A stretch of 64,000 nucleotides of DNA, from assembly GCA_040768985.1 (NCBI GenBank), contig JAXGLX010000002.1, positions 1,856,637-1,920,636 of the forward strand, written 5' to 3'. Positions 40,759 through 50,963 of the stretch are shown here, piece by piece. The position numbers were made by a program, and so were the translations under genes. The notes below the pieces were generated by a model. It did not search any database. It worked only from the letters and a program-made list of their open reading frames with translations, and had not been told where the DNA came from. Origin of the DNA: Acidobacteriota bacterium (GTDB lineage Bacteria; Acidobacteriota; JAAYUB01). How positions within the stretch are numbered: the stretch's first letter is position 1; every line of letters begins with the position of its first letter.

Positions 40759-41982
40759 ATGTCAATAGGTGGTGTCGGAGGAAAAGGTCACATCGACCTT
40801 CCGGAAGGACAACAGCCCCTTGATACCAAGCAGGACATCCAGCAGGCCGCTCCCCAGCAGTTCACCGACGGCATCGTCGGCGCGCAGCAGGTGGCCACGA
40901 ACGTGCTGGATGCAGTGGGCGGGAACCAGCAGGTCGCCCACGGTTCCGTGGAGCAGCTTCAGCTGATGCTCCAGGCGGTGGTCGCCGGCGGCGAAACCCG
41001 CATCCCGGACGAAGACAAGATGCCCAACTACGACCAGGGCAGCACCAACGGCTGCGGCACCACCAGTCTGGCCATGATCCTGAGCTACCTCACCGGCCAG
41101 AACATCACCCAGGCGGACATCGACAAGGCCATCCGCCGCATGGACGTGTTCACCTCGCCCGGCGACCTCCTGGAATTCGCCCGGGACCAGGGGCTGGCGG
41201 CCGAAGGCTACAACAACGGCACCTGGGAGGAGATGAAGGGATTCATCGACCGCGGCCTGCCGTGCCAGGCGCTCATCTCCGCAGACGGCTCCGCCGACCC
41301 CACCAAGCTGCACTACGTCGCCATCACCGGTTACGGCACGGACCCGGCTACCGGCGAGGAGTACGTGATCATGCATGATCCGGCCTCCGGCACCGAGAAG
41401 AACATGCCCATGTCGGAATTCCTGCAGAAGTGGAGCGCCCCGACAGCGGGCTTCGAGAACTACTTCAACGTCTACGGCCCGGATGGCACCGACCTGCCCC
41501 CAAGCCGTTTCGACGGCATCCAGGGCACGTTGTGCTTCTCCGAAGGCTTCGCCAACATGACCAACAATTTGAACCGCCTGTACGACCCCGACAGCGTCGG
41601 CAGCTGGTTCCACGGCCTCATCGGCTTTCCCGGCGGGATCGTCCAGACGGTGGGCGGCGCCATCGGCGGCGGCATTTCCCTGCTGGGCCAGTGGATGAAC
41701 GACGGGGTGGAGGGCATCCCCGTGGTGGAGAACCTGGTCCAGCCATTCGGCGACCTGTTCCACGGCGTCGGCTCCGCCTTCAGCGACGTGGTGGGCGGCT
41801 TCGGCGAGGCGTTCGATTCCTGGGGCCAGGGCTTCGAGGATCTGTTCAGCGGCGACGTCGGCGGATTCTTCAGCGGGATCGGCGAAGGATTGCTGGACAT
41901 CGGCAGCGGCATCGTCGAGGGTGTCGGCGACTTCTTCGGCGGGGTGGCGGATGCAGTGGGCGACTTCTTCAGCGGCTGGTAA
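40759..41982 (+). CDS. C39-like cysteine peptidase with Gly-rich amphipathic C-terminal repeats
   Basis: QGSTNGCGTTSLAMIL, HYVAITG, HDP catalytic triad. Confidence 0.8.
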   Translation: MSIGGVGGKGHIDLPEGQQPLDTKQDIQQAAPQQFTDGIVGAQQVATNVLDAVGGNQQVAHGSVEQLQLMLQAVVAGGETRIPDEDKMPNYDQGSTNGCGTTSLAMILSYLTGQNITQADIDKAIRRMDVFTSPGDLLEFARDQGLAAEGYNNGTWEEMKGFIDRGLPCQALISADGSADPTKLHYVAITGYGTDPATGEEYVIMHDPASGTEKNMPMSEFLQKWSAPTAGFENYFNVYGPDGTDLPPSRFDGIQGTLCFSEGFANMTNNLNRLYDPDSVGSWFHGLIGFPGGIVQTVGGAIGGGISLLGQWMNDGVEGIPVVENLVQPFGDLFHGVGSAFSDVVGGFGEAFDSWGQGFEDLFSGDVGGFFSGIGEGLLDIGSGIVEGVGDFFGGVADAVGDFFSGW

Positions 41983-43180
41983 GACCCAGCCGGCGCGCGG
42001 CGCCGCCGTCCTGCTGCTGGTGCTGGCCCTGGGCGTGGCGACTGCCGCGCCACGCCCCACGGCCACGGTCACCGGACGCGTGATGGAAGGGGACGCCTGG
42101 CGACCGCTGGCCGGCGTCACCGTCGCCTGGGACAAGCAGCGCGCCGTCACCGGCGCCGACGGTGCCTACCAGTTGCGGCTGCCGGCGGGCGTGCGCACGC
42201 TGACGTTCTCGGCTCCCGGCCGAGCCGCGGCGCGCAAGCTCGCGGTGATCCGCGATCCGGGCAAGGCCGTCCGGCTGGATGCCATCCTGCCGGCCGCGGG
42301 TCCGGCGCCGCCGCTCCGGCTGGCCCTGAACCGGGGCCTGTTCCTGACCTCCGCCGGCAAGACGCTGCCCGCGGACACCAAGCCCGCCAGTTCCCTCGGC
42401 CTGGCCGATGCCAATGGCAACCAGGACCGGCCGCTCCGGCTGAATCTCCGGGGCTTCAACGCCTGGGCGCCGGTGTGGGCGCCCGGCGGCCGGGCGGTCT
42501 ACTACGGCGTGGACGGCACCTTCCGTAAATCGTCCGACCGCAAGTACCTGGGTGTTTTCCGCCACGAGCCGGCCACGGGCCGGACGGAAGCGGTGCTCCG
42601 CGGCCACGGCATCCGGCACATCGCGCGAAGCCCCGACGGCGCCGCCCTGGCGGCCGCCGGCGAAAAATCCCTCTACGTGCTGGACGCGGCGGCCCATCCC
42701 AACCCCAGCCCGCGCCCGGTCATCTCTCTGGACAGCGCGCGGGGCTGGCTCCTGTCGGTGGCGTGGGGGCCGGCCGATTGGATCTACGTCACGGTGGACG
42801 ACCAGATCCCGCTGGATGAGCGGCGATCCGTCTCGCGGCCGCGCATTGCCCGGGTGCATCCGGACGGTTCCGGGCTGGAACCGCGCTGGGCCGCGGCCGA
42901 GCAGTCCGCCTGCCGGTATCCACTGGCACTGGCGGACGGCGCCGTCCTGTTCGGGCGGCACGCCCTGGATGGCACCGCCCAGGAGATCTGGCTGCGACCC
43001 GCTTCTGAGGAATCCGAGCGGAAGCTCGCCGAGACAGCGCTGCGCCCGGTCTGGCTGGACGCGGCGGGCCGCCGGTTGTATTACATCCACATGCTGGATC
43101 TGCACGTCCGCGACCTGCGGACGGGCGTGGATCTGATCCTGGTCCAGTCCGTGGTGCAGGCGGACTACCGCCGCGACTGA
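41951..43180 (+). CDS. Secreted protein with carboxypeptidase-regulatory-like domain and TolB-like beta-propeller (start uncertain)
   Basis: VTGRV..PLAGVTV..TGADGAY; PVWAPGG and SPDG repeats. Confidence 0.7.
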   Translation: MQWATSSAAGKTQPARGAAVLLLVLALGVATAAPRPTATVTGRVMEGDAWRPLAGVTVAWDKQRAVTGADGAYQLRLPAGVRTLTFSAPGRAAARKLAVIRDPGKAVRLDAILPAAGPAPPLRLALNRGLFLTSAGKTLPADTKPASSLGLADANGNQDRPLRLNLRGFNAWAPVWAPGGRAVYYGVDGTFRKSSDRKYLGVFRHEPATGRTEAVLRGHGIRHIARSPDGAALAAAGEKSLYVLDAAAHPNPSPRPVISLDSARGWLLSVAWGPADWIYVTVDDQIPLDERRSVSRPRIARVHPDGSGLEPRWAAAEQSACRYPLALADGAVLFGRHALDGTAQEIWLRPASEESERKLAETALRPVWLDAAGRRLYYIHMLDLHVRDLRTGVDLILVQSVVQADYRRD

Positions 43181-43216
43181 TCCGCGCTGAACGGAACGAC
43201 TGCCGCTCGCCGCGCG

Positions 43217-43726
43217 CTAACCCCGCGCGGCGGGCTTTTTTTGCGTCCCCTTCCGCGCGGGCGCCTTACGGCGCGGCGACGGCTGCTCTGCCGGGCTGCC
43301 GGCCGGCGCAAGGGTCAGCTCGTGCCACGCCGCCCGCTCCAGGACGGCCGTCAGCCCGCTGATGATCTCGCCGTGGCGCATGATCGCCTGGATGATGGCC
43401 TTCAGCGGCTCCAGGCGGAGATCGGTCGCGGTGTCGAGGTCGACCTTCTTCATCTCCCAACCCGGGAACAGCCGCGTCAGATTCCCCTCCTCCACGCGCA
43501 GGGTGAGCACGTCCCGGTGGCGGGGATCGCGCAGGATACGGGAGTACAATTTGTCCAACGCGTCGTCGGGTCCCTCGATGACCTGGAAGAAGACGCCGCC
43601 GGTGGCCATGAGCAGTCCGGTGATGCCGAGCTTCCGGTTTTTGGCGGCCGACTGGGCGGCGATCCGCTCAATGTCGCGGGCGGTCATGGGGGCGGCGAAC
43701 CGGCTGATGTACTTGATCCGTTTCAT
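43217..43726 (-). CDS. BLUF blue-light sensor protein
   Basis: KYIS, N..LGITGLL, FFQVIEG, DPRH, RLFPGWEM. Confidence 0.92.
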   Translation of the reverse strand: MKRIKYISRFAAPMTARDIERIAAQSAAKNRKLGITGLLMATGGVFFQVIEGPDDALDKLYSRILRDPRHRDVLTLRVEEGNLTRLFPGWEMKKVDLDTATDLRLEPLKAIIQAIMRHGEIISGLTAVLERAAWHELTLAPAGSPAEQPSPRRKAPARKGTQKKPAARG

Positions 43727-43861
43727 TCTTTCGTCTCCTTAAGTGGTGCTGGCGGTAGCGGCCCGCCGCTCTCTCATTGGATGCCGCCGCGCCGCGCCGG
43801 TCGCAACCGAACCGTTCGCCGCGCGACGTTGCAATGGCAAGAACCCTGTCGGCCATCGCCA

Positions 43862-43952
43862 TGGCTCGTTCCCGTAACGCGGACATCGGACTTCGGAAAT
43901 CGGATATCGAATGTCGTGCTCGTAATTGAAATTCATAATCGTAATCGTGATC
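43862..43952. repeat. Modular repeat array
   Basis: GCTCGTTCCC, (CGGAYAT)n, (CGTRAT)n abutting the element at 43953. Confidence 0.8.
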
Positions 43953-44405
43953 CTAAGCCGGCGTAGCCGGAACCCATTGATTGAAAGGATCTGGAATTCA
44001 CTCGTCCAATCAGTCGTTCATCGATCGGCCCAGCGCCTGAGACATGCGCACGATCCGCCGGTTGGCAACGTGGAGGTACCGCGAGCGGCAGCGAGCGGCG
44101 CGACAGCCCACTCGGCACGCCTGACCCCAGTTGCCCAACCACTCTGTCCGTGCCGCTTGAATGCCCGTCCGGTCGTCAAAGGGCCAACCATCGCCGCTGG
44201 GTCGGCAACGACACACCCGGTCGCGTGACACGCACTACAGTCAACGTGATGGAATGGTTTCGTGGCGTCGGGACATCAAGGCGGCTGGCCCTTCGCGCCG
44301 CTCGCTGCCGCTCGCGGTACCTCCCGTCTGCCGGCTGCTTGATCATGCTCATGGCTTCAGTCAAAAGATCTTGCCAAAAATTGGCAGAATTTCAGGAGTA
44401 ACTGA
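43953..44405 (+). mobile_element. Second non-autonomous derivative of the Rep_trans-like element
   Basis: Starts CTAAGCCGGCGTAGCCGGAACC (identical to the autonomous end); ends TTGCCAAAAATTGGCAGAATTTCAGGAGTAACTGA. Confidence 0.82.
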
Positions 44406-44732
44406 CTACCGGAGACCCGAGGCCGGGCCGCATCGGCTGCCGGTTCCGGCCTCGTCTCAGCCCGACTTCCAATTCCGCTTTTGGCCTGACCCGTCACGGT
44501 GGCGACCCTGTGTTCGCGTGGAGAAGAATTTTCAACTGGCGAAATCGCCTCCAGCCGCGCCGTTCGAGGTGCATCTCCCGCCCATGACAGCAGACAAGCT
44601 TTCCGCCATGTGGTACGATGACCGCATTCCACGTGTTTGTGTTTCTGATCCGGTTTGCGCCTTGGATATATTCGGAGGTTGTATTCTCCATCGCCACGTG
44701 CCGGGATACGATCGCCAACAGAGAGGTGGGCC

Positions 44733-46610
44733 ATGCATCGGTTCATTTGGTTACTGGCGTCGGGCATTCTATTCGTTGGGCTGATTAGCGCGGAATACGA
44801 CTGGAAGGAGAGCCAGAAACTCTGGAAGGAAGTCCAGAAATTGGACAAAAAGTGCCAGAAAGGGGATCGCAAGGCCTGCCTCAAACTCAGCCAGCTCGCG
44901 ATATCCCACCCGGACAACTCCATCCGAGCGATGGCCGCCGTTAGGATCACCGATCAGACGCTGCGGAATCGCCTGGCCCTGGAAGATCCGGACCCCAAAG
45001 TCCGCCGGGCAGCGGTCCGCGGCGTCTCCGACCAGGCGGTGCGGGCCCGGGTCGCGCTGACCGACACGGACGCCGAGGTCTGTGAAACCGCCGTGGAAAA
45101 ACTCACAGACCCGGAGGCCCTGGCACAGTTGGCCATCGATGATCGGCATTCCCTCATGGTCGATGGGCGAGTGCAAAAAACCGCCGTCAAGAACCTGAAT
45201 GATCAGGCGGCCCTGGCCCGAGTGGCCATCGAGTCCAAGATTTGGACGATCCGACTGGCGGCGGTCGAGAAGCTCTCCGATCCGGCGGCTCTGGCCCGCG
45301 TGGCCATCGAGGCAAACGACTTTCGAGGGGAAAATTCCCTGGCCGCGGGCAAGCTGACGGATCCGGCGGCCCTGGCCCGTGTGGCAGTTAAAAGCCCGTA
45401 TCGCAATGTGCGCATCACAGCCGTCAAGAAGATCTCAGACCAGGCGGTCCTGGCCGAGGTGGCGCTCAAGGATACGGACAAAGAAGTCCGTCTGGCCGCT
45501 GTGAAGAAGCTCACCGATCCGGCCGTCCTGGCCGAAGTGGCGCTCAACGATGAAGTCGCGGACATCCGATTGTCTGCCGTAACGAGGCTCACAGATCAGG
45601 CAGTCCTGACAAAGATTGCCCTTGAGGACCCCGCGGCCAGTGTCGGAGTGGCCGCAACGGAAATACTCTGGGACCAGGAAACGCGGGGCCGGGTGGCGCT
45701 CCAGAGCCCCCATGAGGCCGTCCGCCGGGCGGCGCTGCGAAATCTCATCAGCGAAAAGGTCCTGTACCGGGTTGCGCTCGATAGTGACGATGCGTTCGTC
45801 CGCCAGGATGCCACCGAGCGACTCGTCGATCAGGAACTGCTGACACGGCTTGCGGCGGATAGCCGGGACACGGTCGTCCGTCAGGTGGCCGTCGGGAAGC
45901 TCAAAGATGCGACGGTTCTGGCAAGATTCGCCCTGGAAGAACCGGACGAGCAGGTCCGCGCAGCCGCGGTGCGCAACATCACCGATCCGGCGGTGTTGGT
46001 CCAGGTGGCCGCTAAGGACAAGGATCCGATTTTGCGCTGGACAGCGGTCGGCAAATTGGATGATCCGGGTAAGCTGGGCGCGTTGGCAGCCAGGGAAACC
46101 GATCCGATGGTCTGCACCCGGATTCTCAGCCGGTTGCCGGACGCGTCACCCGCGCTGTTGCCGGTGGCCGGAGACCTCAGCCGGTCTGCCCGAAATGCCC
46201 GCGAGGGCATTGCCCGCATCAAGCTCGCCGTCAGGGAACCGCGGGTCCAGATCCGGTGCCCAGGTCTCCAGACGGCTGTCGCGATTGACATCATTGGAGA
46301 GCAATACACCACGATGGGATTAGGCGGCAGGCGGTTATTAATCAGGGGTGAAAAAATTGCCGTCTCACTGCAATGGCAGAATAATCCTCCCGTCCAGAAA
46401 CAATGGCAATCGGCTTTTCCAAAGGATTTTTTGGCGTTGGACGGAGTATTTCCCCGGTTTCAGGAGGCGGATGTAAACGTCGGGGAGCTGCTGGAGGCGC
46501 TACTTCGAGCCGGCGATTTCACCCCGGACGACCTGGCAGAACTGGTTCGATCGAAGATTCCCGAGGTCCGCACCGCCGCACAGAAGCGGCAGACGGAGTT
46601 GACGAACTGA
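44733..46610 (+). CDS. Secreted HEAT-like repeat protein (paralog 1)
   Basis: Signal peptide; ~31-aa repeats DxAVLAxVALxDxDxxVRxAAVxKLT. Confidence 0.85.
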   Translation: MHRFIWLLASGILFVGLISAEYDWKESQKLWKEVQKLDKKCQKGDRKACLKLSQLAISHPDNSIRAMAAVRITDQTLRNRLALEDPDPKVRRAAVRGVSDQAVRARVALTDTDAEVCETAVEKLTDPEALAQLAIDDRHSLMVDGRVQKTAVKNLNDQAALARVAIESKIWTIRLAAVEKLSDPAALARVAIEANDFRGENSLAAGKLTDPAALARVAVKSPYRNVRITAVKKISDQAVLAEVALKDTDKEVRLAAVKKLTDPAVLAEVALNDEVADIRLSAVTRLTDQAVLTKIALEDPAASVGVAATEILWDQETRGRVALQSPHEAVRRAALRNLISEKVLYRVALDSDDAFVRQDATERLVDQELLTRLAADSRDTVVRQVAVGKLKDATVLARFALEEPDEQVRAAAVRNITDPAVLVQVAAKDKDPILRWTAVGKLDDPGKLGALAARETDPMVCTRILSRLPDASPALLPVAGDLSRSARNAREGIARIKLAVREPRVQIRCPGLQTAVAIDIIGEQYTTMGLGGRRLLIRGEKIAVSLQWQNNPPVQKQWQSAFPKDFLALDGVFPRFQEADVNVGELLEALLRAGDFTPDDLAELVRSKIPEVRTAAQKRQTELTN

Positions 46611-46650
46611 GGCCAGACAAGTTCAGATCATGGGCGAGGTGAACATCGTG

Positions 46651-48399
46651 ATGAAGCGCTGCATATGGATCATGATTGCCGGACTGGTCTTGAACGCCGC
46701 AGTCTGGGCCGAGGACAAGATTCAGGATGTGGACCAGCTGGCCGCCAAGTGCGCCGCCGGCAATCGGAAAGCGTGCGAGAAGCTCAACCAGTGGGCGCTG
46801 GCCCATACCAATTACACCATCCACTGCCAGGCCATCCGCCGCGCCACCGATCCGTCGGTGTTGGCCGCGGTGGCGCTAAAAGACGAGAGCCGGGAGGCGC
46901 GCAGAATCGCGGTCGAGCGGATCACCGACCAGTCGGTGCTGGCGAAAGTGGCGCTGGAGGATCGGATGGAACTCGTTCGCCGGGCAGCCGTCGAGCGCCT
47001 CTCCGAACCGGCCGCGCTGGTCCGGGTGGCCATTGAAGACGACGACGAAGCGACCCAACTGCTGGCGGTGGCGCGGCTCGACGATCCGGAGGGCCTGATA
47101 CAGGTGGTCAGAGAGGCGAAGACCTGGAATATCCGCAACGCCGCCATCGTGCGGATCACCGATCCGGTGGCAATGGCCCGCCTGGCGCTCGATGCGCCGA
47201 ATCCGGAAATCCGCGAAGCGGCCGTGGAGCGGATCAACGATCCGGCGGTGTTGGCCCGGATCGCGCTCGGTGACCAGCAGCCGGACGTCCGTCGGGCGGC
47301 CGTTGGCCGGATCGATGACCCGGCCGTGTTGGTACGGGTGGCGGCGGAGGACGCCGCGTGGGACGTCCGTCGGGCCGCCGTCGGCCGAATCGACGATCAG
47401 TTGGTGCTGAACCGGATGGCGGCGGAGGATCCAAATTGGAATGTCCGAAAGGCTGCGGCCGGCAAACTGATCGATCCCTCCGTGCTGGCCCGGGTGGCGA
47501 CACAGGATCCGGAACCCTCTGTCCGGGAAGCAGCCGTCAGACGTCTCGACGATCAGACGGTGCTGGCCAAGGTGGCAACCGACGATGCGGTGCCGGCCGT
47601 ACGCGACACCGCCATTGAACGACTCGCCGACAGCGGACTACTGGCCAGCTTGGCGGAGGCGGAGAAATCCATCATCCGCCGCGCCCGGATCATCGCTCGC
47701 ATGTCCGATACCGCACCCCAGTTGGTGGACCTGTCCGGAAACCCCAAACGGACCGCCCGCGACACTCCCGAATGCCTGGCCCGACTCAAACGGGCGACCC
47801 AGGAACCGATTGTCCAGTCCCGGTGCCCCGGCCTGTTTGTCGAGCTGGAGATTGCCGAGATCTCTTCTCGAGGAAAGTACAGCGGAGAGCTGGACGTACG
47901 GGGCGAGACGGTGACTATCGCATTGCGACGGGAACGCGCTCCGGCTGTGAAGATGACGTGGCAGACCTCATTCCCGCCAATATTGGTAGTCCCGGAAACA
48001 GCGCAGACGTGGTTCGTCGACGCAAATGCGGATGGGGGCGCCCTGCTGGCAGAGCTGTTTCGTTCCGGTCCGTTTGCCCATGAGGACCTGTCCGCGCTGA
48101 TGCGCTCCGTGCTGCCCGAAATTCGGGCGGGAGTGGTGGCTTGCCTGTCCGAACCGTCGCTGCTGGCGCGGGTGGCTTTGGAGGATGATGTGCCCAAGAT
48201 CCGCGCCGCAGCCGCCGGGAAACTCACCGATCAGGCGGTGCTGGCCAGGGTGGCACGAACGGATGCCGATTCGGATGTCCGCATCATCGCCATCGAGAAG
48301 CTCGCCGACCCGGCGGTGCTTGACGCGGCGGCAAGCAAGGATCCGGCTCCGGATGTTCGCTCAGCCGCATCACGACGCCTCGCCACCATCCGTCAGTGA
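46651..48399 (+). CDS. Secreted HEAT-like repeat protein (paralog 2)
   Basis: Same repeats; shares the RCPGL...RGE...WQxxFP domain with paralog 1. Confidence 0.85.
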   Translation: MKRCIWIMIAGLVLNAAVWAEDKIQDVDQLAAKCAAGNRKACEKLNQWALAHTNYTIHCQAIRRATDPSVLAAVALKDESREARRIAVERITDQSVLAKVALEDRMELVRRAAVERLSEPAALVRVAIEDDDEATQLLAVARLDDPEGLIQVVREAKTWNIRNAAIVRITDPVAMARLALDAPNPEIREAAVERINDPAVLARIALGDQQPDVRRAAVGRIDDPAVLVRVAAEDAAWDVRRAAVGRIDDQLVLNRMAAEDPNWNVRKAAAGKLIDPSVLARVATQDPEPSVREAAVRRLDDQTVLAKVATDDAVPAVRDTAIERLADSGLLASLAEAEKSIIRRARIIARMSDTAPQLVDLSGNPKRTARDTPECLARLKRATQEPIVQSRCPGLFVELEIAEISSRGKYSGELDVRGETVTIALRRERAPAVKMTWQTSFPPILVVPETAQTWFVDANADGGALLAELFRSGPFAHEDLSALMRSVLPEIRAGVVACLSEPSLLARVALEDDVPKIRAAAAGKLTDQAVLARVARTDADSDVRIIAIEKLADPAVLDAAASKDPAPDVRSAASRRLATIRQ

Positions 48400-48596
48400 G
48401 CCGCAACGGCGGCCACCCGGACGGAATGTGATTTGAAAGTTTTCGAAGACGGTGACGGTTTTCCGTCCTTCTTCCATTCAGCTACGGGTCTGATTGCTTG
48501 GGACCTGACCACCTCGGCCACATTCACCGATCGAGCTCCGGTGTTTGATTGTGCTTCCCCCAATTCACCGATTGACCGATTCACCGATTCACCGAT

Positions 48597-49013
48597 TCAC
48601 AGCTTCTCAACGGTCAGGTAGTAGTAGCAGGCCGCCGGCCGGCCCTGGTCATCCACGGGTTTGGAAAACCGGTACCGCGACACGGCCTGGGTGAGGGCCT
48701 TGAGCACGCAGCGGGGCACGTCGTCCATCCTGTCCATGTTCAGCATGACGGCGCATTCCACCTCGCCCTGCTCGTCGATGAGGATCTCATAGACCGGCGC
48801 GACCTTGCCCAGCTTGCCCTGGCAGCCCGGCGGACGCTTCACGGGCGAGCGCTCCAGGATCTTCAGGTCGGGAACCGCCTCCGGCTCCAGAATGATCCGA
48901 TCCGGCGATTCGATCATCCCGGTGCAGTGGTGTTTCCGCTCCGGCGGTTCATCCGCGACGGCAACGCCGATAAAAAACACCACCATCAGGAGCAATAGCA
49001 CAATTCGGATCAC
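48597..49013 (-). CDS. Secreted TonB C-terminal-like protein
   Basis: Signal peptide; ILIDEQGEV..A..AVSRYRFSKP..GRP. Confidence 0.55.
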   Translation of the reverse strand: MIRIVLLLLMVVFFIGVAVADEPPERKHHCTGMIESPDRIILEPEAVPDLKILERSPVKRPPGCQGKLGKVAPVYEILIDEQGEVECAVMLNMDRMDDVPRCVLKALTQAVSRYRFSKPVDDQGRPAACYYYLTVEKL

Positions 49014-49084
49014 GATGCCTCCGTTTTGCCCCAAACACCCTCCACCGGCCGGACGCGGCCGCTTCGGGAGTGTTGACTGACCGG

Positions 49085-49243
49085 CTATGCCTGTTCGCCC
49101 GCTTCTTCTTGAGGCGCTGTCTCCGGTTGCTCCCCGGCATCCTGCATCTTCTTTTCGAGCCGGCGCTTGCGCTTCTCTTCCTGCTTTTTCTGCCGGGCCA
49201 GATCCTTCTGGCGCTTTTCATGCTTGTAGTTGTTGCGTGCCAC
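49085..49243 (-). CDS. Small basic coiled-coil protein
   Basis: GTG start with AGGAGG RBS; NYKHEKRQKDLARQKKQEEKR. Confidence 0.65.
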   Translation of the reverse strand: MARNNYKHEKRQKDLARQKKQEEKRKRRLEKKMQDAGEQPETAPQEEAGEQA

Positions 49244-49394
49244 CTGCACCTCCTGGGTCTGCGTTCTGTTCAATCGTCGATGGTCGGGTCACACTGTAGC
49301 ACAATGCCTTCCGGGTTTGAAGCAATGAAAGCACCGCGCCCGAACGCGCTAACCAGTGTCCGGCTTGACGAGTATCCCGGTCGGCGGCGCCGCG

Positions 49395-50696
49395 TCACTC
49401 CGTGGCGCCGGCCCGGTTGAGCAGATCGACAATCTCCTCGGTGGAGTGCGCCCGGGCGAACACCAGCAGCGGTCTGCCTTGAGGGTCCCGGATGTTCGGA
49501 TCGGCCCCCTTTTCCAGCAGCCGGGCGACGAATTCCGGCCGTTTCTGCAGGACCGCGTAATAGAGCGCCGGGCGGAGCCGGTCGGGATGCCGGTTGACGT
49601 CAGGAACGGGCTGGTCCAGCACCCGGCCCTTGACCGAGGCGCTCCGGGTGATGAAAAACGTGGCCAGCGCCTCCGGCTGGTCCGCCACCCGGCGGATGAA
49701 CAGGTCCAGCACCTCCGCGTGGACCGGATCGGGCAAGGCGCGGTACTCCACATATTCCACCGCCCGATCGATGGCGGAGTCCAGGGAAGTGGTCACGTCG
49801 TAGATGTGGGCGCCGCGGGCGAGCAGCAGCTCCACGCTTTCCTTGTACCCGGCTCTGCCGGCGCCCTGCCGGACCAGCGTCATCATCGGCGTGACCCGCC
49901 AGTGGTCGTAGGCGTTGGGGTTGACCCCGGCGTCGAGGAGTTTTCGGATATCGTCCACGGCGGCGGACCGGCAGGCGTCAGACAGCGCCTCTTCCGGCCC
50001 TTTGTGTTTGCGGATCGTCGCCAGACCTTCTCCGAAGTGGGACTGCGCCAGCGAAAACGGGGTGTTGTCCGCCAGCCGGCGCTCGAATTCCGCGCCCTTC
50101 ATCTTCTTGGCGTAAACGGTGTTCCCCGTGTCATTCCAGATTCCGGCATCCATCTTCACCAGGTAGTTGTAGTACCCGTTCAGCAGATTGCTCACCAGCG
50201 GATTCCGCCGGTGCTTCTCCAACTCCCGGACATCGAAAAAGGCATACGGATCGGCGCCGCGCTCCAGGAGGAGATCCATGCTGCGGGTGTCGTGTTTGAG
50301 CGTGGCGATCTGCAGCGGTGTCAGCCCGAAGAGCCGTCGGTCAGGATCCGGCGCGGTGTTCAGGAACTCGGCGATGACCGCGTCTCCGAACAGCCGGGCG
50401 TTGAACAGAACGTAGGAATCTTTTGGCTGAAGGGACTGGTCGTGGGCCACCGTCCGCTCGATCCCGCCGGCGTCGCGCACGCGGGCCACAATGAACAGCA
50501 TCAGCAGCTTGTCTTCGGGAGTGGCATCGACGGTCAAAAACTCCTCCAGCAGGGCCTGCCGAAGGATCTCTCCAGCCAACCGGTTCAGGTCAAGTGGCGA
50601 GGACTGGGCCGATGTTCCCTGATCGGCCTGCCGGGCGGTCCCGGCACCCCAGCCGATCAGGCCCAGGATGGCCAGTGTCACGATGATGGTTCTCAT
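49395..50696 (-). CDS. Secreted ankyrin-repeat protein
   Basis: TPLQIA, LLLERGADP, LLDAGVNPN, LLEKGADPN. Confidence 0.85.
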   Translation of the reverse strand: MRTIIVTLAILGLIGWGAGTARQADQGTSAQSSPLDLNRLAGEILRQALLEEFLTVDATPEDKLLMLFIVARVRDAGGIERTVAHDQSLQPKDSYVLFNARLFGDAVIAEFLNTAPDPDRRLFGLTPLQIATLKHDTRSMDLLLERGADPYAFFDVRELEKHRRNPLVSNLLNGYYNYLVKMDAGIWNDTGNTVYAKKMKGAEFERRLADNTPFSLAQSHFGEGLATIRKHKGPEEALSDACRSAAVDDIRKLLDAGVNPNAYDHWRVTPMMTLVRQGAGRAGYKESVELLLARGAHIYDVTTSLDSAIDRAVEYVEYRALPDPVHAEVLDLFIRRVADQPEALATFFITRSASVKGRVLDQPVPDVNRHPDRLRPALYYAVLQKRPEFVARLLEKGADPNIRDPQGRPLLVFARAHSTEEIVDLLNRAGATE

Positions 50697-50963
50697 GTCG
50701 ATTCTGTTCCTCCCGAACACTCGGCTGCCGCAGTGGCGGATGGATCACCACTGGTATCGGCAGGCTGACGATGATTGCGGACATCATTCTGCCATATCCG
50801 GCGAAAGCTTGAAAAGCGGGAATCGGGGATCGATTGCGGATCACCAGCGGCGGTGCGCAGCCTGCAGGTGTCGCTGGCAATCATCAGCGTCATGCAGAAT
50901 CCCCATATGCCAGGCAAACGGCTTTCCTGTTCGATAAAGCAGTCAGTTCTTGAGCCAGCGCGT

